Source of the DNA: an uncultured Nitrospiraceae bacterium
GTDB taxonomy: Bacteria > Nitrospirota > Thermodesulfovibrionia > Thermodesulfovibrionales > UBA6898
NCBI GenBank assembly: GCA_963811165.1
Contig: CAWEQH010000010.1
Location: 544,001-608,000, forward strand
DNA length: 64,000 nt
Direction: 5' to 3'
Below, one piece after another: positions 40,734 through 51,320 of this stretch. A program made the translations under genes and the position numbers. Every line of letters begins with the position of its first letter. Within the stretch, counting starts at the first letter, position 1. Under the pieces are notes generated by a model. The model did no database searches. It was not told where the DNA came from and saw only the letters and a list, made by a program, of their open reading frames with translations.

Positions 40734-42149
40734 TTATCCTGTTTCCTCGCTGACATCACCGGCGGAACCTTCTCCGTCGCTTTGGGCGGACTTACCCTTT
40801 GAGGTGAGATAGAACAGCACGGCCAGTCCGATCATCCCCGAGACGGTGGATCCTGTCAGTATCCCCAGTTTGGCATGATCAAGCAGCAAGGGCTCTCTGA
40901 ATGAGAGGCCGCTGATGAACAGCGACATGGTGAATCCTATTCCCCCCAGGATACTCACGCCAAAGATTTGGGGCCAAGAAACACCACGAGGCAGAGAAGC
41001 GCATCCGGTTCTCACAAAGAGATAAGAAAAGGCGCTGATCCCGATCGGCTTTCCGATGAGCAGGCCGGCGGCGATTCCGAGTGTCAGCGGCGACAGCAGT
41101 GTTTGTGAGAGATTCAGATCGACTATCGTCAGGCCCATATTCGCGAGGGCGAACAATGGGACTACAAGAAAAGCGACCCACGGGTGAAGGGCGTGCTCAA
41201 GCCGCTGCAAGGGGGTCTCCACATGGTGACAGGCGAGCTCGATCGAGTGGACTGAACTCAAATGTTTGGCGTCCTGGAGAATTGAAGGTCCGCATCCCCC
41301 TGGGGGGCAGGAGAACTCGCCCAGATGCTTGCTCACATTCCGGAGAAACTTGTCGGTATCGTACCTTCCTTTAGCCGGTATGAAGAGAGCGACCAAGACG
41401 CCTGCAATCGTTGCGTGGAGCCCCGATCCAAGTACAGCAACCCATAGGCAAGCACCGAGAATAGCATAGATAAGGGTAACACGTATCCAGAGAAGGTTTG
41501 CGACGGCAAGGAGCAGTAAGATGAGAAGAGAAATGAAGAGGTAATGCAGGGAAATCCCGCTGGAATAAAATAGTGCGATCACAATGACGGCTCCAAGGTC
41601 GTCCGCTATGGCGAGCGCAGAAAGGAATACGCGCAGACCGAGAGGAACGCGTTTCCCGAGTATAAATAGCGCGCCGAGGGCAAAGGCAATATCGGTTGCC
41701 ATTGGGATACCCCATCCCTGGCTCGTCGGCAACCCTCTGTTGATGACTGCATATATCGCTGCCGGGAGGAGCATACCGCCGAGAGCCGCGCCGACTGGCA
41801 ATAGGGCCTTTTTCACGGATGAAAGTTCGCCAACGAGGATTTCCCGCTTTATCTCGAGGCCCATGGCAAAGAAGAAGACCGCCATGAGGCCCTCATCGAT
41901 CCACTGCCGGAGGGTCCGGGTGATCGAGGAGTCCCCTATGGAGAAAGAGAGCTGTGTCTCCCAGAACCGATGGTAGGTGTGACCGAAAGGAGAATTAATC
42001 CAGGCAAGGGCAAGGAGGGTCGCCCCGATCAGGAGGATGCTGCTCGATGCTTCATTCCCGAAAAAAATCAGGAAAGGACGAACTAACTCCAAAGCGATTT
42101 TGTCAGGAGACGTCGCATAATGTTTTATCTTCTCGAATAGATTCTTCAT
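40734..42149 (-). CDS. nhaA: Na+/H+ antiporter NhaA
   Basis: GLEIKRE, GWGIPMATDIAF, LAIADDLGA, SGLHAT, LFALAN, GIGFTMSLFI. Confidence 0.95.
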   Translation of the reverse strand: MKNLFEKIKHYATSPDKIALELVRPFLIFFGNEASSSILLIGATLLALAWINSPFGHTYHRFWETQLSFSIGDSSITRTLRQWIDEGLMAVFFFAMGLEIKREILVGELSSVKKALLPVGAALGGMLLPAAIYAVINRGLPTSQGWGIPMATDIAFALGALFILGKRVPLGLRVFLSALAIADDLGAVIVIALFYSSGISLHYLFISLLILLLLAVANLLWIRVTLIYAILGACLWVAVLGSGLHATIAGVLVALFIPAKGRYDTDKFLRNVSKHLGEFSCPPGGCGPSILQDAKHLSSVHSIELACHHVETPLQRLEHALHPWVAFLVVPLFALANMGLTIVDLNLSQTLLSPLTLGIAAGLLIGKPIGISAFSYLFVRTGCASLPRGVSWPQIFGVSILGGIGFTMSLFISGLSFREPLLLDHAKLGILTGSTVSGMIGLAVLFYLTSKGKSAQSDGEGSAGDVSEETG

Positions 42150-42619
42150 TAGTACGCCCTTACCCTGCTCTTCCCTCTAAACTCACCTCGGCGTGGGACG
42201 AATTCCTGGCAAAAATTATATCTGTCGATTGTATAACCGTCTTTCATGAGGGGAAGTCCTCAATAATTTTTGGAATTGGCATCAACTTTTTCACTTCAAT
42301 TCACTTCAAATGGAAAGAACTTTTCCATCACGAAACGCCCTGATTCATAATAGCGTATAATTCGATGACTTTATAGGAGATTACGTAATGGCGTCAACTT
42401 CATTTTAGATTAATATCCATCAATCTGAGTCATGTGCTTTTTCAGCCTAAATTGTCGTTTTTGCTGTGATTCCGTTGATATATGGGCAAAATTGATATTA
42501 TAACTGCTACTGTCCAAATCCCCTCGAAGGCCTGCGCATTGTACCTTATGCTTGTGAGGTGTGGGAAGCTTATCGGCCTTTCGCAGGTGTCTAAAGATCA
42601 ATAGAAATCTCATCAATTT

Positions 42620-42636
42620 TTTACGAAATCTTTATA
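42620..42636 (+). promoter_or_regulatory. Putative KdpE-binding site
   Basis: TTTAcgaaatcTTTAta is a TTTA-N7-TTTA direct repeat like the E. coli kdpFABC site, upstream of the K+ gene run. Confidence 0.5.
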
Positions 42637-42701
42637 CTGCCGGGCCCCTTATTTAGACCTATTTTATTCGCTTTAGTGATACCCTGAAAACATGGAGGCA
42701 G

Positions 42702-42806
42702 ATGAAAATGGATGGCTTATATTTTTTTGTGGTTATTTGGTGTTTGACTGTGGTCATTGGATGTTTGACTCTCACCGGATTGATGGTGAAGTACTTGAAC
42801 GCATAA
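42702..42806 (+). CDS. Small hydrophobic membrane peptide (32-34 aa)
   Basis: GGAGG SD; MKMDGLYFFVVIWCLTVVIGCLTLTGLMVKYLNA. Confidence 0.45.
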   Translation: MKMDGLYFFVVIWCLTVVIGCLTLTGLMVKYLNA

Positions 42807-42815
42807 ATAACGGAA

Positions 42816-43361
42816 ATGAATAAAATGATTCACTCACAATCTTTGCAGTTACTTTGCAGTGGAGATGGCTCATCTCAAACAGCCGTTTTGGAAATTCCGT
42901 TAATTGATGCGCAGGCCTTGGATGCCAGGGGAAATCATTTTGTGGTAATCCCTGTCGCGGAGGTGAACAAGGTGTCGATGAACGCAATTAGTTATGCAAA
43001 AGTTCTTAACGGCGAAATTGTTGCGGTCCACATACTTCTTAAGCCTTCAGACAGGGTAGGGCTCGAATGCATGTGGAAAATGCAGAATATGGATATTCCC
43101 CTTATTATTCTTGAATCTCCATACGGTTCTCTGATTGGGCCGCTCATGGCATATGTGGACGAAATACATCGTTGCAATAAGGAGAGTGTCGTCACTATCG
43201 TATTGCCGGTGCTTATCGGCCTGAAACGCCGGCATCGTTTTTTGCATAACCAAACAGCTCGTTTAATTGAAAGGGCTTTTCAGTCTAAGGCAGGAGTGGT
43301 GACCGTACGCGTTCCGTTTTCTTTAACAGATGCTTCTTCTAAACAAAGTTGTGTTCTTTAA
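42816..43361 (+). CDS. Stand-alone C-terminal cytosolic domain of a KimA/YdaO-type APC transporter
   Basis: VVIPV..VNK...AISYAK.L..IVAVH..W..IPL.ILESPY.SL..PL..YVD..VTIVLP..LHNQTA..VV..VPF; no TM domain. Confidence 0.75.
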   Translation: MNKMIHSQSLQLLCSGDGSSQTAVLEIPLIDAQALDARGNHFVVIPVAEVNKVSMNAISYAKVLNGEIVAVHILLKPSDRVGLECMWKMQNMDIPLIILESPYGSLIGPLMAYVDEIHRCNKESVVTIVLPVLIGLKRRHRFLHNQTARLIERAFQSKAGVVTVRVPFSLTDASSKQSCVL

Positions 43362-43438
43362 CACAATGAGAGACGATTTTGATAACTCCCATGATGATCG
43401 TAAAAAATGAATAAGTATTTTCGCAAAGGAGGTGCGTT

Positions 43439-43519
43439 ATGGACATTGTCTATATCGGTATAGTGGTCGCGTTATTTATCCTCAGCCTGCTCTTCGTGAA
43501 ACTGGCTGAGAAAGTATAG
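43439..43519 (+). CDS. Small membrane peptide upstream of kdpF (26 aa)
   Basis: AAGGAGGT SD; MDIVYIGIVVALFILSLLFVKLAEKV. Confidence 0.7.
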   Translation: MDIVYIGIVVALFILSLLFVKLAEKV

Positions 43520-43542
43520 GAGAAAAACTTAGGAGGAAAACT

Positions 43543-43635
43543 ATGGAACTGTTCTACTGGATCGGCGGTATTGTAGCGTTCGGTCTTCTCGTGTATCTTT
43601 TTGTGGCTTTACTAAAGCCGGAGGTGTTGTCATGA
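43543..43635 (+). CDS. kdpF: K+-transporting ATPase subunit F
   Basis: [38 protein letters not shown] (YL..AL..PE); ATGA overlap with kdpA. Confidence 0.88.
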   Translation: MELFYWIGGIVAFGLLVYLFVALLKPEVLS

Positions 43636-45434
43636 CAGGGAATGACATATTCCAAATTGTCCTATATTTTGGCGTCCTGCTGCTTCTTGCGAAGCCGCTG
43701 GGCGGTTATATGGCGAGGGTTTACGAAAACCGGCCATGCGGTCTTGACCGGGTGTTTGGGCCGGTGGAGCGTATTTTTTACAGGCTTTGCGGCATCAGGC
43801 CAGAAGAGGAAATGGACTGGAAACAATATACGATCGCCGTGCTTGTATTCAGCGTGGCCGGATTCGTCGCGGTATATATGTTGCAGCGCATGCAAGGCAT
43901 ATTGCCGCTAAATCCTCAGAAGTTCCCGGCTGTATCGCCTGATTCGTCTTTCAATACGGCTGTAAGCTTCATAACTAATACGAACTGGCAGGGGTACGGC
44001 GGTGAATCGACGATGAGCTACCTTTCACAGATGGTTGGGCTCGGGGTCCAGAATTTTCTTTCTGCGGCGGCGGGCATGGCTGTTTTAGTGGCGCTGATCC
44101 GTGGGTTCAGCCGACATTCTTCAAAGACGATCGGCAACTTCTGGGTCGATCTCACCCGCACGACTCTGTACATCTTGATGCCTCTTGCGCTGATCTATTC
44201 TCTGCTTCTCGTTTCTCAGGGCGTGGTGCAGACCTTCAGCGAATATAAGAATGTGGCCCTTACGCAGACTATCACCTATGATAATCCGAAGCTCGATGCC
44301 CAGGGCAATCCGATCAAGGACGAAAAGGGAACTCCGGTGACGGAGAAAGCTCAGATGAAGGAGCAGGTCATACCCCTTGGCCCTGCCGCTTCACAGATTG
44401 CGATCAAACAGCTCGGCACGAACGGCGGCGGTTTTTTCAATGTGAATTCCGCACATCCCTTCGAAAACCCGACTCCGTTTTCAAATTTTCTTGAGGTATT
44501 GGCGATCCTGCTGATACCGGCGGCACTCTGCATCACATTCGGGAAGATGGTCGGCGACAGGCGACAGGGCCGGGCTCTGCTGGCCGCGATGACGATCGTT
44601 CTCGTCGTTCTGATGACGGTGTGCGTATGGACCGAACGACAGGGCAATCCGCATTTCGCCTCGCTTGGCATTGATCAAACGGCAGGCACATTGCAGCCTG
44701 GCGGAAACATGGAGGGCAAGGAGGCGCGATTTGGGATAGTAAATTCCGCGATCTGGGCGTCCGCCACTACCGCCGCATCGAACGGTTCTGTGAATGCCAT
44801 GCATGATTCCTTCACCCCGATAGGCGGTCTTATCCCGATGTGGCTGATGATGTTGGGAGAGGTCATATTCGGAGGCGTCGGCTCCGGTCTTTACGGTATG
44901 CTGATATTCGCTATCCTCACCGTATTCATCGCCGGCCTGATGGTCGGCCGAACACCGGAATATCTGGGCAAAAAGATCGAGATGTTCGAGATGAAGATGA
45001 CCATTCTTCTGATGCTGATTATCAATGCCCTTGTCAAGGTCGGAACGGCGGTTGCTGTTTCTATGAAGGCCGGGGTTGCGGGCATCGCCAATCCCGGGCC
45101 GCACGGTTTTTCTGAGATACTGTATGCCTTTACGTCGGCCTCGAACAACAACGGCAGTGCTTTTGCGGGTTTGAGCGCCAATACTGTTTTCTATAATACG
45201 GCCCTCGGCATCGTGATGTTCATCGGCCGCTTTTGGGCTATAATTCCCGTGCTGGCAATCGCCGGCTCTCTGGCGAAAAAGAAAAAGGTGCCGGTCGGAT
45301 TAGGGACTCTGCCGACCCATACCCCTTTGTTCGTGACCTTTTTGATTGGTGTCATCCTGATCGTCGGAGCTTTGTCGTTCGTGCCTGGCCTGGCGCTCGG
45401 ACCGATAGCCGAACAGTTGATGTCCGGCAGATAA
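43632..45434 (+). CDS. kdpA: K+-transporting ATPase subunit A
   Basis: [35 protein letters not shown]. Confidence 0.97.
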   Translation: MTGNDIFQIVLYFGVLLLLAKPLGGYMARVYENRPCGLDRVFGPVERIFYRLCGIRPEEEMDWKQYTIAVLVFSVAGFVAVYMLQRMQGILPLNPQKFPAVSPDSSFNTAVSFITNTNWQGYGGESTMSYLSQMVGLGVQNFLSAAAGMAVLVALIRGFSRHSSKTIGNFWVDLTRTTLYILMPLALIYSLLLVSQGVVQTFSEYKNVALTQTITYDNPKLDAQGNPIKDEKGTPVTEKAQMKEQVIPLGPAASQIAIKQLGTNGGGFFNVNSAHPFENPTPFSNFLEVLAILLIPAALCITFGKMVGDRRQGRALLAAMTIVLVVLMTVCVWTERQGNPHFASLGIDQTAGTLQPGGNMEGKEARFGIVNSAIWASATTAASNGSVNAMHDSFTPIGGLIPMWLMMLGEVIFGGVGSGLYGMLIFAILTVFIAGLMVGRTPEYLGKKIEMFEMKMTILLMLIINALVKVGTAVAVSMKAGVAGIANPGPHGFSEILYAFTSASNNNGSAFAGLSANTVFYNTALGIVMFIGRFWAIIPVLAIAGSLAKKKKVPVGLGTLPTHTPLFVTFLIGVILIVGALSFVPGLALGPIAEQLMSGR

Positions 45435-45458
45435 CAAAATACGGATTGTGAGGAAATT

Positions 45459-47531
45459 ATGACCAGAAAAACTAATAAAAGATCTCTTTTTGAACCGACA
45501 ATTGTACGTCGGGCCTTGTGGGATTCGGTCAGGAAACTGAATCCGGTACATCAGATAAAGAACCCGGTGATGTTCGTGGTGGAGGTGGGCAGCGTTCTCA
45601 CGACCCTCCTTTTCTTCCGCGCACTTACCGGCAAAGGTGAGGCGTCTCCGGGCTTCATACTTCTGATTTCGATCTGGCTCTGGGTAACAGTGCTCTTTGC
45701 TAACTTTGCCGAGGCGATGGCGGAAGGCAGGGGTAAGGCCCAGGCTGAATCATTGCGTAAGACGCGAAGCGACGTCACAGCAAAACGCCTTGCCAAGGAG
45801 GACCGGAATTCCGAAATCACCAAAGTGTCTTCTGCCCAGCTCAAGAAAGGCGATATCGTGCTTGTAGAGGCCGGCGATACGATTCCTATGGACGGCGAGG
45901 TGATCGATGGCGTTGCCTCGGTGAATGAAAGCGCTATTACTGGCGAGAGCGCTCCTGTGATCAGGGAAAGCGGCGGAGACTTCAGTTCCGTGACCGGCGG
46001 CACGAAGGTGCTGTCCGACTGGATTGTGGTGAGAATCACCGTAAATCCCGGTGAGACGTTCCTCGATAGGATGATTGCCATGGTTGAAGGCTCAAAGCGG
46101 CAGAAGACGCCGAATGAGATCGCCCTGGACATACTGCTTGCAGGTCTGACGATCATCTTTCTGCTGGTGACCGTGACCTTGCTTCCATTTTCGATCTTCA
46201 GCGTTCAGGCGGCAGGCCAGGGAAGCCCTGTCACCATAACCGTGCTTGTCTCGCTTCTGGTCTGCCTGATCCCGACCACAATCGGCGGACTTCTTTCGGC
46301 TATCGGCATCGCAGGTATGGACCGGATGATCCAGGCCAATGTGATCGCCATGTCCGGCCGTGCGGTGGAAGCGGCAGGAGATGTTGACGTGCTGCTTCTC
46401 GACAAGACCGGGACGATTACACTCGGCGACCGACAGGCCACCGCGTTTTTTCCCGTTGCGGGAGTAGATGCGCGAGCCCTCGCCGATGCGGCCCAGCTTG
46501 CGTCCTTAGCAGACGAAACTCCTGAAGGGAGAAGCGTCGTTATTCTGGCAAAAGAAAAATACGGGATTCGCGAAAGGGACATCCATTCCCTCGGCGCGGA
46601 ATTTGTTCCTTTCACTGCACAGACAAGGATGAGCGGCGTAAATCTCAACGGTCGTCAGATCCGCAAAGGCGCGGCGGACGCGGTCGAAAAATATGTCCAG
46701 TCACAGGGAGGAACGTTTCCGTCTGATATCCGCGCAATCGTCGACGATATCGCAAAACAAGGTTCAACACCGCTCGTCGTGGCCGAAGGACAGAAAGTGC
46801 TCGGTGTTATTCAGCTGAAAGATATTGTCAAGGGCGGAATTAAAGAGAGATTCGCTGAGTTGCGGAATATGGGGATCAAGACGATCATGATCACCGGAGA
46901 CAACCCGCTCACTGCCTCGGCGATTGCTGCCGAAGCCGGGGTCGATGATTTTTTGGCGGAGGCAACGCCCGAGGCCAAACTGAAGCTCATCCGTGAGCAC
47001 CAGGCTGGAGGTAGACTCGTGGCCATGACCGGAGACGGCACAAACGACGCGCCGGCGCTGGCACAGGCCGATGTGGCCGTTGCGATGAACACGGGCACTC
47101 AGGCAGCAAAAGAGGCGGGCAATCTCGTTGACCTCGACTCCAACCCAACGAAGCTGATAGAGATCGTGGAGATCGGAAAGCAGCTACTGATGACGCGCGG
47201 CACGCTCACGACCTTCAGCATCGCAAACGACGTGGCGAAATATTTCGCGATCCTGCCGGCGGCGTTTCTTTCGATCTATCCGGCGCTTGGTGCGCTTAAC
47301 ATTATGCACCTGGCCACGCCGCAGAGCGCAGTGCTTTCAGCCGTGATCTTTAACGCGCTGATTATAATTTTTCTGATCCCGTTGGCGCTTCGCGGTGTGA
47401 AATATCGGCCTCTCGGCGCGCATGTGGTCTTACGCAATAACGCCCTGATTTATGGGGTCGGCGGGCTGGTTGTTCCGTTTATCGGCATCAAGCTGATCGA
47501 CATGCTCATAACAGCCCTGCATATAGTATGA
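45459..47531 (+). CDS. kdpB: K+-transporting ATPase subunit B
   Basis: [26 protein letters not shown]. Confidence 0.98.
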   Translation: MTRKTNKRSLFEPTIVRRALWDSVRKLNPVHQIKNPVMFVVEVGSVLTTLLFFRALTGKGEASPGFILLISIWLWVTVLFANFAEAMAEGRGKAQAESLRKTRSDVTAKRLAKEDRNSEITKVSSAQLKKGDIVLVEAGDTIPMDGEVIDGVASVNESAITGESAPVIRESGGDFSSVTGGTKVLSDWIVVRITVNPGETFLDRMIAMVEGSKRQKTPNEIALDILLAGLTIIFLLVTVTLLPFSIFSVQAAGQGSPVTITVLVSLLVCLIPTTIGGLLSAIGIAGMDRMIQANVIAMSGRAVEAAGDVDVLLLDKTGTITLGDRQATAFFPVAGVDARALADAAQLASLADETPEGRSVVILAKEKYGIRERDIHSLGAEFVPFTAQTRMSGVNLNGRQIRKGAADAVEKYVQSQGGTFPSDIRAIVDDIAKQGSTPLVVAEGQKVLGVIQLKDIVKGGIKERFAELRNMGIKTIMITGDNPLTASAIAAEAGVDDFLAEATPEAKLKLIREHQAGGRLVAMTGDGTNDAPALAQADVAVAMNTGTQAAKEAGNLVDLDSNPTKLIEIVEIGKQLLMTRGTLTTFSIANDVAKYFAILPAAFLSIYPALGALNIMHLATPQSAVLSAVIFNALIIIFLIPLALRGVKYRPLGAHVVLRNNALIYGVGGLVVPFIGIKLIDMLITALHIV

Positions 47532-47544
47532 AACGGAGGAAATC

Positions 47545-48123
47545 ATGATAAGAATGATTCGCAACACACTCATGTCTCTGTTACTCTTCACAGTTATCAC
47601 CGGGTTTATTTACCCCCTGGCGGTGACAGGCCTGGCCCAAGTGATATTTCCTGGCCAGGCAAACGGGAGCATCATAACGAAGAACGGCAAGCCCGTGGGC
47701 TCCGAACTGCTTGGACAGCAGTTCGAAGACCCGAAATATTTCTGGGGAAGGCTTTCCGCGACAACCCCCTATCCCTATAACGGAGGTTCGTCATCCGGCT
47801 CTAATCTCGGCCCGAACAACCCTGACCTTATGAAGGCCGTGCAAGCAAGGATTCAGGCCCTGCGCGAGGCTGATCCGGGCAATACAACGAAGATACCGGT
47901 TGACCTGGCTACTGCCTCAGGCAGCGGACTTGATCCCCACATCAGCCCTGTGGCTGCTGCGTATCAGGTGCAAAGGATCGCAAAGCTTCGCGGCGTCGAT
48001 GAGGCAAAAGTCAGCGCATTAGTGGCTGCCAATACCGAAGGCCGGCAGTTCGGGTTTCTGGGCGAGCCTGTGGTGAATGTGCTCAAACTGAATCTGGCAC
48101 TTGATGACCTCGGTCAGAAGTGA
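47545..48123 (+). CDS. kdpC: K+-transporting ATPase subunit C
   Basis: [36 protein letters not shown]. Confidence 0.97.
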   Translation: MIRMIRNTLMSLLLFTVITGFIYPLAVTGLAQVIFPGQANGSIITKNGKPVGSELLGQQFEDPKYFWGRLSATTPYPYNGGSSSGSNLGPNNPDLMKAVQARIQALREADPGNTTKIPVDLATASGSGLDPHISPVAAAYQVQRIAKLRGVDEAKVSALVAANTEGRQFGFLGEPVVNVLKLNLALDDLGQK

Positions 48124-48126
48124 GAG

Positions 48127-48540
48127 GTGAAAATACTGAAGGGCAAACCTATGACAAAAGACAGAATTGAAAAAATAATTGCATTTCTGCTCTTGGTGGC
48201 TATCAGCGCGCCCTTGACTGCGTTTGCCGTAGACTATCCGGTCCAGCTTTATCATCGGGAGGTGAGGCACGACAAGTTTGTCAAAGGCGACACAGTGTAC
48301 ATGTTTCATAGCGGCACTGAAGACGTAAAGAAGACCATTCACGTTAACGATACGCTCGCTGTTTATCGGGTGTCCCCGACTTGCGAAGTAGCGCCAATTG
48401 GAATAGTCAAGATAGTCTCCTTTGTCGGAGAAACATATATCAAGGGAGAGGTCTTTGCCGGCGAGATTAAGCCTGATGATATAGCGAAAAAGGATAATGT
48501 TTCGTGTCTTATCATCTCGGCAGGTGTATGTGAACATTAA
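48127..48540 (+). CDS. Exported hypothetical beta-rich protein directly after kdpC
   Basis: Signal peptide ..LLVAISAPLTAFA; begins 3 nt after the kdpC stop (alternative ATG at 48151). Confidence 0.65.
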   Translation: MKILKGKPMTKDRIEKIIAFLLLVAISAPLTAFAVDYPVQLYHREVRHDKFVKGDTVYMFHSGTEDVKKTIHVNDTLAVYRVSPTCEVAPIGIVKIVSFVGETYIKGEVFAGEIKPDDIAKKDNVSCLIISAGVCEH

Positions 48541-48739
48541 TCTGATAATGAAGCATTGGCGGTGCGGGGTGCCGTCGTCATGCCCCACACAGTCGGCGAA
48601 AAGTTTGGACACCGCGGGGCAATTGCCCTGCAGGTCACGGTCAACTGCCGTTAGATGGAGACCATAATTATTAATTCTAATTCAAAAAAGGGGCTTTTCA
48701 GCTTTCTCAGGAGGCCCCCTTTTAAAAAAGGATGGAGCA

Positions 48740-48961
48740 ATGGAATCCCTTAAACAAAAATTAAAGGAAATTGAGAAAGACGAAATCATTCACGCGCTAA
48801 AAGAATGTAACTGCGTGAGGACCAGAGCCGCCAGAAGGCTGGGCATTACTGCAAGGATGATCGGATACAAGATCAAGAAATACGGCTTAAGGATAAAGGA
48901 GGTGGGCTCTGTCGAGGATGGCGACGCAGAGCAACACGGACACCAGGAATACATGGGATAG
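48740..48961 (+). CDS. Stand-alone Fis-type HTH protein, copy 1
   Basis: EKDEIIHALKECNCVRTRAARRLGITARMIGYKIKKYGL, like the C-terminal HTH of sigma54 activators. Confidence 0.75.
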   Translation: MESLKQKLKEIEKDEIIHALKECNCVRTRAARRLGITARMIGYKIKKYGLRIKEVGSVEDGDAEQHGHQEYMG

Positions 48962-49009
48962 AGAGAAGTGGTTTTCCAACCACAAACTCAGAAAGAAAAA
49001 AGGAGCATC

Positions 49010-49321
49010 ATGAAACTAATAGAAGCAGTGATAAGGCCTTTAAATTTGGAAGAGGTGGAAACAGCCCTTAAAGAAATGGGAGTGGAGGAAATAGGGGTTG
49101 AGGAAATATTGGTTAGCCGACTCTCAAGTAACGGCTTCGGGAAAGGGGTGTTGTACCGTGGGGCGGAGTATGTGGCAGACTTCATGACAAAAATGAAAGT
49201 CGAGATTATCGTTGAGGATGGTCTTGTGGACAAGGTTGTCGGAACAATCCGCAAGATTGCCAGGACGGACCGGAAGGAAGATTGCCGGATATTTATCCTC
49301 CCTCTCGTTGAAGCATTTTAG
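49010..49321 (+). CDS. Divergent P-II family (GlnB/GlnK-like) protein
   Basis: MKLIEAVIRP..L..V..AL, GFG, YRGAEY..DF..K.KVEI.V; altered B-loop, C-loop missing. Confidence 0.8.
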   Translation: MKLIEAVIRPLNLEEVETALKEMGVEEIGVEEILVSRLSSNGFGKGVLYRGAEYVADFMTKMKVEIIVEDGLVDKVVGTIRKIARTDRKEDCRIFILPLVEAF

Positions 49322-49421
49322 GCATGCACTCTCTTAGCCGCGGGGCAGTAGAAGAGCTCTAGTTAAGAGCCGAGCGTTGCATACGCTCGCATCAGCACGT
49401 GCATAACCCTGGAGAGAATAA

Positions 49422-49622
49422 ATGGTAACACTAAAAGATAGACTGAAGGATGTGGAGAAACAGGAGATAATAAGCGCCCTCAAAGAATGTAACTACGTGA
49501 GAGCCAGAGCCGCGAGAATGCTGGGCATTACTGAAAGGATGATCTGTTACAAGATCAAAAAATATGGCTTAAAGATAAAGGAGGTGGGCTCAGTCGAGGA
49601 TAACGGAGCAGAGGAACGCTGA
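49422..49622 (+). CDS. Stand-alone Fis-type HTH protein, copy 2
   Basis: EKQEIISALKECNYVRARAARMLGITERMICYKIKKYGL; close paralog of 48740-48961. Confidence 0.75.
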   Translation: MVTLKDRLKDVEKQEIISALKECNYVRARAARMLGITERMICYKIKKYGLKIKEVGSVEDNGAEER

Positions 49623-49676
49623 CAGCAGAAATGGCAATACAGGCTTTATTTTTTTGAAATGAAAAAGGAGGAGACG

Positions 49677-50831
49677 ATGAAAAAGATTATTTTTGGAATC
49701 GCTTTTGCGATTCTGATGACATTCACAGTAGCTGGAGGGGTATGGGCCGACGAAGCGAAGCCGGCGGACACTACTGCTGCAAAGCCGGCAGGCACAAGCC
49801 TGGACGACATCAAGAACATGCTCGGCCTGAGCATTTATCTTCAGGGCGGATACAATTATAATTTTACCAACCCCGATTCGCAGGAAAACAGACTCAGGGT
49901 CTTCGACCATAAGGCGAACAACTTTACCCTCGACCTGGCTCAGATTGTTTTCAACAAGGATGCCGCTGTCGGGGGTGTCGGCTACAGGCTGAAACTCTCG
50001 GCCGGCGAGACGGCGAAGTTCATTCACGCTGCCGGTCTCGGCAATACCGGTGATGCGTTTGACCTGACAGAGGCGTATATCGCCTATGTCGCTCCGCTGG
50101 GCAAAGGCCTCAAGTTTCAGTTAGGGAAGTTCGCCACTTTTACCGGTGCGGAGGTGATCGAGGCAAGGGACAACATGAACTACTCGCGCGGCCTCCTTTT
50201 CAACTGGGCTATACCCTTTACCCATACCGGCCTTATGATCGGCTATCCGTTTAGCGACAAGGTGAGCGCGAATTTCTATGTGGTCAACGGCTGGGACAAC
50301 TTCAGCGAAGATACCGGCAGCAGCAAGACCCTCGGGCTGAATTTCAACTGGACCCCTGCAGAACAGTTTTCGCTTGCGGTGAACTTTCTGAACGGCCGGG
50401 AGGTCATTGCCGGCGGAAGCGATGTGCGCACGAACAGGTTCCTTTCGGATACGGTGATCACGATAAAACCGATGAAGAACCTCACCTTTGTGATAAACCC
50501 CGACTGGGCGTCGCAGACCGGTGCAGCGTCCGACGGCTCAAGGGCAGAATGGTATGGAGTGGCGGGATATGTGAAATATGACTTCAGCGATATGATCAGC
50601 GGAACAGTCAGGGCCGAATACTTCGACGACAAGGACGGCTTCAGGACAGGCATCGCGCAGAAGGCGAAAGAGGTAACCTTTACGCCTGAGTTCAGGGTTG
50701 CGAAGAACCTCATCGTGAGGCCGGAATACCGTCACGACTGGTCCGACATGAACGCATTCGATTCAGAACATGGCACGTTTGACAAGAAAAGCCAGGATAC
50801 CATTGCGCTCGGCGTGATGTATACGTGGTAA
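49677..50831 (+). CDS. Outer-membrane beta-barrel porin (OmpL-like/DUF1597-type)
   Basis: Signal peptide; GKF.T..GAEVIE...N.NYSR..IPFTHTG..NGWD; terminal aromatic YTW. Confidence 0.85.
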   Translation: MKKIIFGIAFAILMTFTVAGGVWADEAKPADTTAAKPAGTSLDDIKNMLGLSIYLQGGYNYNFTNPDSQENRLRVFDHKANNFTLDLAQIVFNKDAAVGGVGYRLKLSAGETAKFIHAAGLGNTGDAFDLTEAYIAYVAPLGKGLKFQLGKFATFTGAEVIEARDNMNYSRGLLFNWAIPFTHTGLMIGYPFSDKVSANFYVVNGWDNFSEDTGSSKTLGLNFNWTPAEQFSLAVNFLNGREVIAGGSDVRTNRFLSDTVITIKPMKNLTFVINPDWASQTGAASDGSRAEWYGVAGYVKYDFSDMISGTVRAEYFDDKDGFRTGIAQKAKEVTFTPEFRVAKNLIVRPEYRHDWSDMNAFDSEHGTFDKKSQDTIALGVMYTW

Positions 50832-51050
50832 TTGTTTCAAACAAGGAATAAGAAAGTAAAAGAGAAAGTTCTTGAGTCTCTTTGCGATTTTGTGGTTTTA
50901 CTATCGGCAAGCCTTTTGTTTGCCGAGGAACAGGTGTGGACTAACCCTCCTTCTCAGGCTGGACAGGATGCGCCCTGTTCAGCCTGCACCTGCAGCTTTT
51001 GACGACAAAGAGGAACGGACAATGAAAGAATGGAAAGGAGAAGGGTCACC

Positions 51051-51320
51051 ATGGGACTCACCCAGGCTCAAATAGAAAGAATAACATCGCTGGCGAGATC
51101 CTACGGGGCGAACCGGCTCATACTTTTCGGCAGTGCCGTCGAAGATCCGGAAAGGGCACGCGATATTGACCTGGCATTTGACGGGGTTCAGGGATGGAAG
51201 CTTTTTGAATTGGCAGCTAAAATCGAAGAAGAGCTGCATATGCCCCTGGATCTGGTACCGTTAAATCCTCCCTCACGGTTTACAAAGCATATTGAAGGCA
51301 ATTGCAAGGTGTTGTTATGA
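51051..51320 (+). CDS. Minimal nucleotidyltransferase (MNT) antitoxin
   Basis: LILFGS..RDIDLA..DLV. Confidence 0.85.
   Translation: MGLTQAQIERITSLARSYGANRLILFGSAVEDPERARDIDLAFDGVQGWKLFELAAKIEEELHMPLDLVPLNPPSRFTKHIEGNCKVLL

Noticed and set aside
42150..42600. Na+/Li+ (nhaA-type) or c-di-AMP riboswitch near nhaA and kdp
   Set aside because: A hairpin exists near 42521-42588, but I could not match the consensus of any of these riboswitches
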